DNA of 58,226 nt from the NCBI GenBank assembly GCA_002293025.1, contig DBCL01000012.1, forward strand, positions 20,036-78,261, written 5' to 3'. Position 1 is the stretch's first letter. The number at the start of each line of letters is the position of its first letter. Origin of the DNA: Actinobacteria bacterium UBA959 (GTDB taxonomy: Bacteria; Actinomycetota; Actinomycetes; S36-B12; UBA5976). Positions 38,622 to 47,735 of this stretch are shown here, piece by piece. A model generated the notes under the pieces. The model did not search any database and was not told the origin of the DNA. It worked only from the letters and a program-made list of their open reading frames with translations. The position numbers were made by a program, and so were the translations under genes.

Positions 38622-41372
38622 TTGATATGCGTAGGCTTAAGCCCAATGAAACTGCCGAACCTGAACCCAAAGCCCTCTGAGGCCTCAATTGGGGCCACAG
38701 TTGCTCAATCTGACGTGCTCAGAGCCGATATTCGACTCCTCGGCAACATGCTTGGTGAAACCTTGGTGAGACACCAAGGGGCAGATCTATTAGCCAAGGT
38801 CGAACTGGTTCGTTCGCTATCAGCAGAAAAACCAGCAGAGGTTGCAAAGTTGCTGGCGAATGAGCCTGCTGAAACAGCTATCCCACTTGCTCGAGCTTTT
38901 TCCATGTATTTCCATTTAGCAAATATTGCAGAACAGGTCCATCGCGCTAAAGCCCTTACTAAGTCACGCAGTGAACATGGCGGTTGGTTGCAAAAAGTGC
39001 AGGAACGTGTTCAGCAGGCCAAAGTTGATCAATCAGTTATAGACAAAACATTTAAGAATTTATTTATCAGACCAGTTTTCACAGCACATCCCACAGAAGC
39101 AACTAGAAGAACAATTCTGGTGAAGTTGCAAGTGATTGCTAATCTTCTTGATCAACCCCAATCGCTAAGTAGGGATAATCGTCTAGCCGAGACTATTGAT
39201 GTTCTTTGGCAAACTGATGAATTGAGATTAGAAAAGCCAGAAGTTTTGGATGAAGCTCGTAATGCGTTATTTTATTTAGACTCATTGACTAAAGGTCCAC
39301 TAACCTCAGTTTTAGAAGATTTATCTCTTATGGCTAAAGCATTAGGAACTTCAATTTCGCCAACTAGTAGACCACTCACTCTTGGGAGTTGGATCGGTGG
39401 AGATCGAGATGGAAATCCATTTGTAACACCTGAAACTACTAAACAAGTTCTTGACCTATCCAGAACACATGCTCTAGAAGAATTTGAAAGAATTATGAAA
39501 CGATTGAGTAATCAACTCACCCAAAGTGTTCGCCTAACAGAGATAAGTGATGACTTATCTGCTTCAGTTGAAGCCGACATGAAAACTTTGCCGATTGAGT
39601 CTAGATATCTAAGACTTAACTCTGAAGAACCTTATCGCCTAAAGACAATGGCTATCAGAGCTCGAATTAGAGAAACTAACAACCGTATTAGACAAAGTCT
39701 TGATCTAAGGCCTGAGATTGATTACGCAGATAACATTCAAATGCTTGACGACCTATTAGTGCTACAAAAGTCTCTGGCTGCTGGCTCATCGCTCGCTGCT
39801 GAAGGATCTTTAAACAGAACTATTCGCACCATCTCAGCTTTGGGCACAACTCTTTCTGTTCTTGACATCAGAGAACACGCCTCAGCCCACCACCAAGCAC
39901 TTGCTAAATTATTAGAAAAAACTAATTCAGATTATTTGGATTTAAATCCACAGGATAGAGCTGTACTTCTAGACAACTTACTAACTAATACCAAATCTAT
40001 TGGCAATCATCAACTATTAGTTGATAACTCCGCAAAGACCTTAAATACATTCAAGGCAATTGATGAAGTTCAGCACAGGCATGGAAAGTTTGTGGTCGAG
40101 TCATACATCATTTCAATGACAAAAAACCTTGACGATATTTTGGCGGCAGTAGTTCTAGCTAAAGAAACTGGTTTAGTTGATCTCTCATCAAAAATTGTGA
40201 AGGTCGGCTTTGTTCCTCTGTTTGAAACGGTGCGAGAACTTCGCATGGCTGGTGAGTTACTCGATGCCATGCTTTCTAATCAGAACTATCGCAAACTTGT
40301 TGAAATACTTGGAAACAAACAAGAGGTAATGCTTGGCTACTCAGACAGCAATAAGGATGCGGGGATTACTTCATCACAATGGGAAATACATCAAGCCCAA
40401 CGAAGCCTGCGCGATATTGCAGCCAAGCATCATGTAACTCTTATGCTGTTTCATGGTCGTGGCGGAACTGTAGGTCGTGGCGGCGGTCCAACATATGACG
40501 CAATCATGTCGCAAGCAGCTGGAGTCTTAGATGGTCAGATGAAACTCACTGAACAAGGTGAAGTAATCAGTGATAAGTACTTGCTTCCAGTCTTGGCAAA
40601 AGAAAATTTAGAACTTCTAGTTGCGGCAACAATCGAAGCTTCCCTCTTACATCGAGATCCTCAAAGTTCTAATGAGGAGTTGTTGCGTTGGGATCCAATA
40701 GCAGATGAGTTATCAGGTAGTGCTTTTAAAAAGTATCGAGACTTGATTGAACACCCTTTGCTCCCCTCTTATTTCCATCAATCAACTCCTGTTGAGCAGT
40801 TAGCCGCAATGCACCTAGGTTCTAGGCCATCACGTCGAGCAGAGCAGGATGCTGGTATTGAAAACCTAAGAGCAATTCCGTGGGTATTTGGTTGGACTCA
40901 ATCAAGACAAATCGTGCCTGGATGGTTTGGGGTTGGAACCGGTATTGCAGCAGTCCGTGCATCAGGTGACGGGGATGAGTTAAGGAATATGAATAAGAAC
41001 TGGACTTTTATGTCTAACTTCTTGTCTAACGTCCGAATGACTCTAGCCAAAACAGATCTAACTATCGCTCAAAGTTATGTGGACAATCTTGTATCAGATG
41101 CTGAGAAAGAGATATTCGAAATAATCAAAAAGGAATTTGCCTTAACCGTGGAGCAAGTGCTCTGGGTTACCCAACTAGACGAGCTGCTTGCTGATCAGCC
41201 AGCGTTAAGCCAAACTCTAAAGATTCGAGATCGTTATTTACTGCCACTACATATGCTTCAAGTAGACCTACTGGCCAGGCAGCGTCAACAAACTGATTCA
41301 AGTCCTGTTTTAAGTAGAGCCCTGCTTACCACCATTAATGGAATTGCTAATGGATTGCGAAATACCGGTTAA
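38622..41372 (+). CDS. ppc: Phosphoenolpyruvate carboxylase
   Basis: The VFTAHPTE, GYSDSNKDAG and FHGRGGTVGRGGGP motifs, with the C-terminal ...NTG. The start could be TTG 38622 or ATG 38646. Confidence 0.95.
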   Translation: MICVGLSPMKLPNLNPKPSEASIGATVAQSDVLRADIRLLGNMLGETLVRHQGADLLAKVELVRSLSAEKPAEVAKLLANEPAETAIPLARAFSMYFHLANIAEQVHRAKALTKSRSEHGGWLQKVQERVQQAKVDQSVIDKTFKNLFIRPVFTAHPTEATRRTILVKLQVIANLLDQPQSLSRDNRLAETIDVLWQTDELRLEKPEVLDEARNALFYLDSLTKGPLTSVLEDLSLMAKALGTSISPTSRPLTLGSWIGGDRDGNPFVTPETTKQVLDLSRTHALEEFERIMKRLSNQLTQSVRLTEISDDLSASVEADMKTLPIESRYLRLNSEEPYRLKTMAIRARIRETNNRIRQSLDLRPEIDYADNIQMLDDLLVLQKSLAAGSSLAAEGSLNRTIRTISALGTTLSVLDIREHASAHHQALAKLLEKTNSDYLDLNPQDRAVLLDNLLTNTKSIGNHQLLVDNSAKTLNTFKAIDEVQHRHGKFVVESYIISMTKNLDDILAAVVLAKETGLVDLSSKIVKVGFVPLFETVRELRMAGELLDAMLSNQNYRKLVEILGNKQEVMLGYSDSNKDAGITSSQWEIHQAQRSLRDIAAKHHVTLMLFHGRGGTVGRGGGPTYDAIMSQAAGVLDGQMKLTEQGEVISDKYLLPVLAKENLELLVAATIEASLLHRDPQSSNEELLRWDPIADELSGSAFKKYRDLIEHPLLPSYFHQSTPVEQLAAMHLGSRPSRRAEQDAGIENLRAIPWVFGWTQSRQIVPGWFGVGTGIAAVRASGDGDELRNMNKNWTFMSNFLSNVRMTLAKTDLTIAQSYVDNLVSDAEKEIFEIIKKEFALTVEQVLWVTQLDELLADQPALSQTLKIRDRYLLPLHMLQVDLLARQRQQTDSSPVLSRALLTTINGIANGLRNTG

Positions 41373-41875
41373 TTAGGCAGCATCAGCAACATTCGAATGT
41401 TGCCTAATGTGTTTGGCTTAACTCTTTCTAAATCCAAAAACTCAGCCACACCTTCGTCTTCAGATTTCAGCATTTGTGAATACACATCATGTTCAACTAA
41501 TGGACCACTTGTTGGTAAGAATCCAAATTTACTAAAGAATTTATCTTCGAAAGTCAGGCAAAAAACTCTACGAATTCCCAATTCTTTTGCTCGAACTAAC
41601 AAGGCTTCTACAACTGCAGCACCCACCCCTTGGCGTTTGAAATCTGGGTGCACAGCAACACTTCTAACTTCTGCTAAGTCTTCCCAGAGAACATGCAGTG
41701 CGCCGTATCCCACAGGACTTCCATCCCGTTCAGCAATCACAAACTCTTGCACGTCTTCGTACAAAGTTATGATCTCTTTTTTTAGCATACTTCGCTTAGG
41801 GGCATAGATTGCAATTAAAGATGTCATGAAATCCACATCAGAAGTTTTTGCTGAGCGGACTTTGATTTCAGACAT
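41369..41875 (-). CDS. GNAT acetyltransferase, short ArgA-like (mycobacterial-type N-acetylglutamate synthase family)
   Basis: 168 aa with the acetyl-CoA motif RQGVGAAVVEAL and LAEVRSVAVHPDF...RVFCLTFE...F.KFGF, resembling the single-domain actinobacterial ArgA. Substrate was not verified. Confidence 0.7.
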   Translation of the reverse strand: MSEIKVRSAKTSDVDFMTSLIAIYAPKRSMLKKEIITLYEDVQEFVIAERDGSPVGYGALHVLWEDLAEVRSVAVHPDFKRQGVGAAVVEALLVRAKELGIRRVFCLTFEDKFFSKFGFLPTSGPLVEHDVYSQMLKSEDEGVAEFLDLERVKPNTLGNIRMLLMLPN

Positions 41876-41880
41876 GATCT

Positions 41881-43377
41881 CTAAAGTGGCTTAACTAGTG
41901 GGAACAAAATTGTGTCTCTGATCCCTTTTCCAGTTAGGGTCATTAACAATCTCTCAATTCCCATTCCCTGGCCACCAGCAGGTGGCATTCCATACTCCAA
42001 GGCTCGGATGAAATCCTCATCCATAGTCATTGCTTCATCATCCCCGTGTGCTGCAAGCTTTGCTTGAGCTAAAAAGCGATTGCGTTGGTCTTGTGGGTCA
42101 TTTAATTCCGAGTAGCCAGTTGCTAACTCAAACCCAAACGTCACTAAATCCCATCGCTCAGCAAGTAGAGGATTGCTGCGATGTGCTTTAGTGAGCGGCG
42201 AGACCGATTGCGGAAAATCCGTGTAGAACGTTGGCAAGACTGTCTTGTCTTCAACCAAGTGCTCATACATTTCTAAAATTATCTGACCCACATCCCAGTT
42301 CGGCTTAAGTGAGATGGAGTGTTGATCAGCAATCTTTTTCAATTGATCTGGATTCATTTCAATTGAAATCTGTTCACCTGCAGCTTTAGAGATTGCTTCA
42401 GTAACTGAAATAGACTCCCAGCCTAAAGATAAATCATGTTCTATTACATTACCTGCTTCATCTTCATGCTTTACCACTGTTGACCCATATACAGCTGTGG
42501 CAGCGTTTAAGACTAATTCTTTAGTTAAGTTCCGCATTGTGGTGTAATCACCATAAGCCTCATACATCTCTAACATGGTGAACTCTGGATTGTGCGAAGA
42601 ATCCGCACCTTCATTTCTAAAGTTACGATTAATCTCAAAAATCTTTTCGATGCCACCAACCAACAATCTCTTTAAGTAAAGTTCTGGTGCAATTCGCATG
42701 AACATCTTCATGTCATATGCATTGATGTGAGTAACAAATGGTCTGGCATTAGCTCCACCATGCATCACCTGCAACATTGGTGTCTCGACCTCAGTAAAAC
42801 CTCGCTTGCGCAATGCTTCTCGGACACTTGCCACTGCATTGCTTCTTAGCTGAACCAAATTCTTAGACTCTGGCCTAACTATTAAATCTAGATATCTTTG
42901 TCGAACGCGAGCCTCTGGGTCTGACAAGCCTTTGTGCTTATCAGGAAGAGGGTGAAGACACTTTGCAGTTAACATCCAAGAGTTTGCTTTTACGGTTAGC
43001 TCACCACGTTTAGTCGTTACAACTTCACCGGTGACACTTATCTGATCACCTAAATCGATGTAGGTTTTCCATTCTTCAATTCCAACTTCACCTGTGACAT
43101 CTGCGGTTAACATGATTTGTATATCATCAGTAGCATCACGTAAAGTTGCAAAAATAAGCTTGCCAGCAACGCGATTTAGCATGATCCGGCCAGTAATTGA
43201 CACAACTTCACCTGTTTGCATATCTTCAGTTAACCCACCATGCTGCTTTCGAATGACTGCAATTTCATGCGTACGTGGGGCTTGGTGTGGATACACATCA
43301 ACACCTGTGGCTCGATACCGGGCTAGTTTTTCAAGGCGAATCTGCGCCTGTTCGTCGAGTTCTAGGTTTTCGTTCAT
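41881..43377 (-). CDS. lysS: Lysine-tRNA ligase (class II)
   Basis: OB-fold N-domain followed by class II motifs (FRNEG..., GMGIERL); 498 aa. Confidence 0.95.
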   Translation of the reverse strand: MNENLELDEQAQIRLEKLARYRATGVDVYPHQAPRTHEIAVIRKQHGGLTEDMQTGEVVSITGRIMLNRVAGKLIFATLRDATDDIQIMLTADVTGEVGIEEWKTYIDLGDQISVTGEVVTTKRGELTVKANSWMLTAKCLHPLPDKHKGLSDPEARVRQRYLDLIVRPESKNLVQLRSNAVASVREALRKRGFTEVETPMLQVMHGGANARPFVTHINAYDMKMFMRIAPELYLKRLLVGGIEKIFEINRNFRNEGADSSHNPEFTMLEMYEAYGDYTTMRNLTKELVLNAATAVYGSTVVKHEDEAGNVIEHDLSLGWESISVTEAISKAAGEQISIEMNPDQLKKIADQHSISLKPNWDVGQIILEMYEHLVEDKTVLPTFYTDFPQSVSPLTKAHRSNPLLAERWDLVTFGFELATGYSELNDPQDQRNRFLAQAKLAAHGDDEAMTMDEDFIRALEYGMPPAGGQGMGIERLLMTLTGKGIRDTILFPLVKPL

Positions 43378-43413
43378 GGGTTAAAGGTATCGGTCAAAGT
43401 TCCAAAGTTGTGG

Positions 43414-44169
43414 TTACTGATTGCGTTCAAAGATCAAACGCAGCCCTTCCAGGGTGAGGTCGGGTTCTAGGTGAGTCAAAGTGGTGCACGCCTCATAAAC
43501 CGTAGCGGCCAAACCGCCTGTTGCCACAACTGCTTTTACTGGTCCAATCTCTGCAATTATCTGACTTACCAATCGATCGACCTGGCCAGCAAACCCAAAA
43601 TATGCTCCTGACTGCAATGCCTCAACAGTGTTGCGTCCAATAGCAGCTCGAGGTTTTTGTAATTCCACTTTTCTAAGTGCTGCAGCTCTAGTTGCTAAAG
43701 CATCAATGCTAATTTCTATACCTGGAGCTAGTGCTCCTCCTATAAATTCACCTTGGGCATTTACCACATCTAAATTAGTGGAGGTACCAAAATCAACCAC
43801 AATAGATGGGCCACCATGACGAGTAAAGATCGCTAATGAATTAACTATTCGATCGGCTCCAACCTCTTTTGGATTATCGGTTGAAATAGCCACGCCAGTT
43901 TTAACACCTGGTTCCACAATAACTACAGGTATTTTTTTGAATTCTCGTTCCAACATAATTCGCATTTCTCGTAGCACGCTCGGGACCGTGCTACATAATG
44001 CAATGCCCGTGACCTCAGGAAACCCTGCAGTTAAAGCACGTATTTGAATTGTAAATTCATCAGCAGTTGCGTATGCATCTGTCTTTACACGCCAAGAATG
44101 CATGAGTGTTTGCTTGTCATACAAACCAAGAACTATGTTGGTATTACCAACATCAATAGCTAGCAGCAT
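43414..44169 (-). CDS. coaX: Type III pantothenate kinase
   Basis: N-terminal LLAIDVGNTN and ASKHA-fold motifs; 251 aa. Confidence 0.9.
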   Translation of the reverse strand: MLLAIDVGNTNIVLGLYDKQTLMHSWRVKTDAYATADEFTIQIRALTAGFPEVTGIALCSTVPSVLREMRIMLEREFKKIPVVIVEPGVKTGVAISTDNPKEVGADRIVNSLAIFTRHGGPSIVVDFGTSTNLDVVNAQGEFIGGALAPGIEISIDALATRAAALRKVELQKPRAAIGRNTVEALQSGAYFGFAGQVDRLVSQIIAEIGPVKAVVATGGLAATVYEACTTLTHLEPDLTLEGLRLIFERNQ

Positions 44170-44177
44170 GCATCCCC

Positions 44178-44987
44178 CTAGGAGAGGGCAATGTTATCTA
44201 TGAGTCGAGTCGTGCCGATGTGCACGGCCACAACCAGCCGTGTTTGACCTAAAACTTTGCTGCCTGCTGGCATTACCAGCACTTGCGCATAGTCAATCAT
44301 TTCTCTGTGGATTTCTTGACTAGCTGCAACTTCATAAAACTTGGCTACCGGATCTTCTGCGTTCTTTGCTTGCAATAGTGCTTGATATATCCCTGATGCC
44401 AAACTCATATTCTCATTGGATAGGTAAGCATTCCTGCTGCTTAATGCCAGTCCCGAAGAATCTCGCACAGTTTCAACTGGATAAATTTCAATAGATTTAA
44501 ACCTTTGTGCACTCATTTCAGTAATCAGCAGTAGTTGTTGTAAATCTTTAACTCCAAATACTGCTACCGCTGGTTTCACATGCACAAACAAAGATGCAAC
44601 CACTGTCAACACACCTGAAAAGTGCCCAGGGCGAGATTTTCCTTCTAGTTCATCACCAAATACCGGGGCTTGAATAGTTTCAACATCTGGACCAACTATT
44701 TCTTCCCAGGTTGGGGCCCAAACTAAATCCACCCCTGCAGCATCAGCCACACTTAGATCCATCTCTAGATCTCTTGGATATTTCTCAAAATCCTCGGTCT
44801 TCCCAAATTGAAGTGGATTTACAAAAATTGAGAGAACTACTTGACCATCTGATCCGGCTAGTTTTCTAGCTTGTGCGATTAACTCTGTGTGGCCTGCATG
44901 TAAAGATCCCATAGTTGGAACTAAAATGCGCTTCTTAGAAATTAGTGCGCTCTGCAATTCAGCAGCTGTTCTAGCAACTTGCATCAT
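44178..44987 (-). CDS. panC: Pantoate-beta-alanine ligase
   Basis: HxGH nucleotidyltransferase motif PTMGSLHAGH; 269 aa. Confidence 0.9.
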   Translation of the reverse strand: MMQVARTAAELQSALISKKRILVPTMGSLHAGHTELIAQARKLAGSDGQVVLSIFVNPLQFGKTEDFEKYPRDLEMDLSVADAAGVDLVWAPTWEEIVGPDVETIQAPVFGDELEGKSRPGHFSGVLTVVASLFVHVKPAVAVFGVKDLQQLLLITEMSAQRFKSIEIYPVETVRDSSGLALSSRNAYLSNENMSLASGIYQALLQAKNAEDPVAKFYEVAASQEIHREMIDYAQVLVMPAGSKVLGQTRLVVAVHIGTTRLIDNIALS

Positions 44988-45433
44988 TTATCGTTTCTCT
45001 CTTCTGGAACACGACAAATCTTTTCCAACCATAATGAAACAATAATTAGACTTAAACTAAATCCAGCAACAATTAGAGACCATATCAATCTGTCTGAAAT
45101 GGCAATACTTCGTGGAGCAAACAAATAAGCTACAAATATTCCTATCTCAGCTCCAGCCATTAAGGCACCAGCTCGTGAACCAGCAAACGCCAAGGCGACT
45201 GTTCGAGCATTCAAAATTGGGTCCAGCCTTCGAATCGGATCCGCTAACCGATTCCTGGTCAATACGGTCCAAAAAAAGATAGAAGTAACGAGCAACATTA
45301 TGGCCAAAGCTAAAGTTCCTGGCACTGGAACTAACCAAGAAAACTGAACTCTTAAGAAGTGTGTGCCAACACCAAGAGTTGAGGCAGATCCAAGTATCCA
45401 AAGTATTAATTTTGTAATTGAAGTTGGTTTCAT
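44984..45433 (-). CDS. Small 4-TM membrane protein (probably DUF3180-type, folK-associated in actinobacteria)
   Basis: 149-aa hydrophobic ORF with 4-nt overlaps to folK and panC on either side. The family name is from memory. Confidence 0.55.
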   Translation of the reverse strand: MKPTSITKLILWILGSASTLGVGTHFLRVQFSWLVPVPGTLALAIMLLVTSIFFWTVLTRNRLADPIRRLDPILNARTVALAFAGSRAGALMAGAEIGIFVAYLFAPRSIAISDRLIWSLIVAGFSLSLIIVSLWLEKICRVPEERNDK

Positions 45434-45921
45434 AGCAGTTGCAACCTTTCAAGCTTAGCTACACCTTGATCGCTAACCTGCTTCAATAATTCTGCCACTT
45501 TGCCAACTCCTGGGATCTCAGCTTCTGGTTCAACTTCAAACCAAGGTTCTAATACAAATCTTCTTTTGGCAGCGCGTGGGTGGGGCAACTCCAAAGATCT
45601 AGAGTGCATAACTAGGTCATCTACTGCAATCAAATCAAGATCTAATGTTCGCGGCCCATTTGCAACCAATCTTTGCCTTAATGCTCTTGATTCAATCTGC
45701 TGCAGATGGTTTAACAAGACTTCTGCTTCTAAGTCACAGTCCAACACAATTATCCCGTTGTAAAAAGATGGTTGATCTAAATTTCCTTGAGGTTCAGTTT
45801 CATAAATACTGGAGGCATGCAGAATTTGGGTTCCACTTAACTTGGCTAGTTCACTCACAGCATCTACTAAATGATCATGTCTATTACCAAGATTTGACCC
45901 TATTGAAATAACAGCTTTCAT
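45430..45921 (-). CDS. folK: 2-amino-4-hydroxy-6-hydroxymethyldihydropteridine pyrophosphokinase
   Basis: HPPK-like sequence (IGSNLGNR ... LDLDLI ... LPHPR) after folB. Confidence 0.85.
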   Translation of the reverse strand: MKAVISIGSNLGNRHDHLVDAVSELAKLSGTQILHASSIYETEPQGNLDQPSFYNGIIVLDCDLEAEVLLNHLQQIESRALRQRLVANGPRTLDLDLIAVDDLVMHSRSLELPHPRAAKRRFVLEPWFEVEPEAEIPGVGKVAELLKQVSDQGVAKLERLQLL

Positions 45922-46280
45922 GTTCTGCTTCGTTGAATTGTTACCGCCACTGATCGAACCTCAGACTCAAAGGGCGCATTTGGTTTTTGAACGGTAACCT
46001 CAACTGCGTTTATCTGTCCGTAACTTAGACACTTATTTGCAATGTTCTCGGCCAGAGTTTCAATTAACTTAACTTTGGGACCTGTAACAATTGCCACGAC
46101 ATCTGAAACAACTAATCCATAATCAATAGTTTTAGTTAACTCATCAGATATTCCAGCTTGAGAAAGATCAAGCTCTAGAACTAAATCAACAATAAAATCT
46201 TGTCCATTCTCATTCTCGAAGTCAAAGACACCGTGATATCCATATGCTCTAATCCCGGAGATAACAATTCGATCACTCAC
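45918..46280 (-). CDS. folB: Dihydroneopterin aldolase
   Basis: DRIVISGIRAYGYHGV is a canonical FolB N-terminus. GTG 46280 overlaps the folP stop by 8 nt; the track start at 46301 adds 7 aa. Confidence 0.85.
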   Translation of the reverse strand: MSDRIVISGIRAYGYHGVFDFENENGQDFIVDLVLELDLSQAGISDELTKTIDYGLVVSDVVAIVTGPKVKLIETLAENIANKCLSYGQINAVEVTVQKPNAPFESEVRSVAVTIQRSRT

Positions 46281-47097
46281 TGATATCTCCAACCTCATCA
46301 AGTGCTCTAATCACAGATACTGAACCTGCAACATCATGAACTCGCACTGCCCAAACCTTATTAGCCGCTAAATAAGCAGTTACGGCATGAGTTGCCATGT
46401 CTGGGTCCACACCTAAGTCCTTAAGAAATCTCTTGCGCGAAGCCCCTACCAGGACCGGCAAACCTAATCTGGATAAATCCAAGATTGAACTAAGTAATGC
46501 CCAATTGTGTTCGGGTAGTTTTGCGAACCCTAATCCAGGATCAACCACTATCTTTCGCCGATCAATGCCTGCAAAGACAGCTAACTCAACTCGTGCTGCT
46601 AATTCTTCAATCACATCTTCAACAACATTTAGATAATCTGCTTTGGCATACATCTCTTGCGAGTGTCCACGCCAATGCATACAGATGTAAGGGACATCAG
46701 ATTTGGCAACAGCTTCAAACATATCTAGGTCAGCCATGCCACCACTCACATCATTGATAATGGTTGCCCCTGCATCCACTGCAGCTAACGCAACCTCGCT
46801 TCTCATGGTGTCAATTGAGATTACAGTTGATTTATCTAGGGCTTTTATTACGGGAATTACTCTGGCTAACTCTTCTTCGGTAGTAATTCTGTCTGCGCCC
46901 GGCCTGGTGGATTCACCACCAATATCAATGATGTCTGCTCCATCAGTAATTAGTTGTTGAGCATGAGCTATGGCACTTGGTACGTCTAAGTATTTGCCAC
47001 CATCAGAAAATGAATCAGGTGTTACATTTAAAACACCCATTACTAAAGTTCGATCAAGTGATTTGAGATGTTCTGGCAAACCTAAAGGATGCAACAT
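46273..47097 (-). CDS. folP: Dihydropteroate synthase
   Basis: The GVLNVTPDSFSDGG and GGESTRPGA motifs. Confidence 0.9.
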   Translation of the reverse strand: MLHPLGLPEHLKSLDRTLVMGVLNVTPDSFSDGGKYLDVPSAIAHAQQLITDGADIIDIGGESTRPGADRITTEEELARVIPVIKALDKSTVISIDTMRSEVALAAVDAGATIINDVSGGMADLDMFEAVAKSDVPYICMHWRGHSQEMYAKADYLNVVEDVIEELAARVELAVFAGIDRRKIVVDPGLGFAKLPEHNWALLSSILDLSRLGLPVLVGASRKRFLKDLGVDPDMATHAVTAYLAANKVWAVRVHDVAGSVSVIRALDEVGDISE

Positions 47098-47099
47098 CT

Positions 47100-47726
47100 T
47101 TAGAAATTTCTGATTAGCCTAAGAGCCTCTGCGCGTGCAGGTTCCTCTTTTAATGCGCCTCGCGCCGTACTGGTAATAGTTTTGGCATTTGTTTTCTTAA
47201 TTCCCCGCATGGACATGCATAAATGCTCACACTCCAGAATCACAATCACACCTGCTGGATCAAGCATCGACTCAAGTGCGTCTGCTATTTGAGTAGTAAG
47301 TCTTTCTTGAACTTGAGGGCGTTTAGCAAATAGATCAACAACACGTGCAATCTTGGAGAGTCCTGTTATCTTGCCAGCAAATCCTGGGAGATAACCAACA
47401 TGAGCTACTCCAAAGAATGGCAACAAGTGATGTTCGCAGACCGAATAAACCTCAATATCTCTAACCAGCACTAGTTCTTCATGACCTAAATCAAATGTGG
47501 TAGTTAGAACTTCAGCTGGTTCTCTGTGTAGTCCACCAAATATCTCTGCATAAGACCTTGCAACCCTACTTGGGGTATTTTTCAAGCCATCACGATCTGG
47601 GTCTTCGCCAATTCCAAGCAATAATTCGCGAACCGCAGCTTCGATTCGTGCAGCATCAAAATTCTTGATGTCTAAATCATCTGAATTCAGACTTACTTTA
47701 TCTATTGGTGAGATGTCTTCAGCCAT
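47100..47726 (-). CDS. folE: GTP cyclohydrolase I
   Basis: Zinc/active-site motif CEHHLLPF and HLCMSMRG. Confidence 0.95.
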   Translation of the reverse strand: MAEDISPIDKVSLNSDDLDIKNFDAARIEAAVRELLLGIGEDPDRDGLKNTPSRVARSYAEIFGGLHREPAEVLTTTFDLGHEELVLVRDIEVYSVCEHHLLPFFGVAHVGYLPGFAGKITGLSKIARVVDLFAKRPQVQERLTTQIADALESMLDPAGVIVILECEHLCMSMRGIKKTNAKTITSTARGALKEEPARAEALRLIRNF

Positions 47727-47735
47727 GCTGACTGC

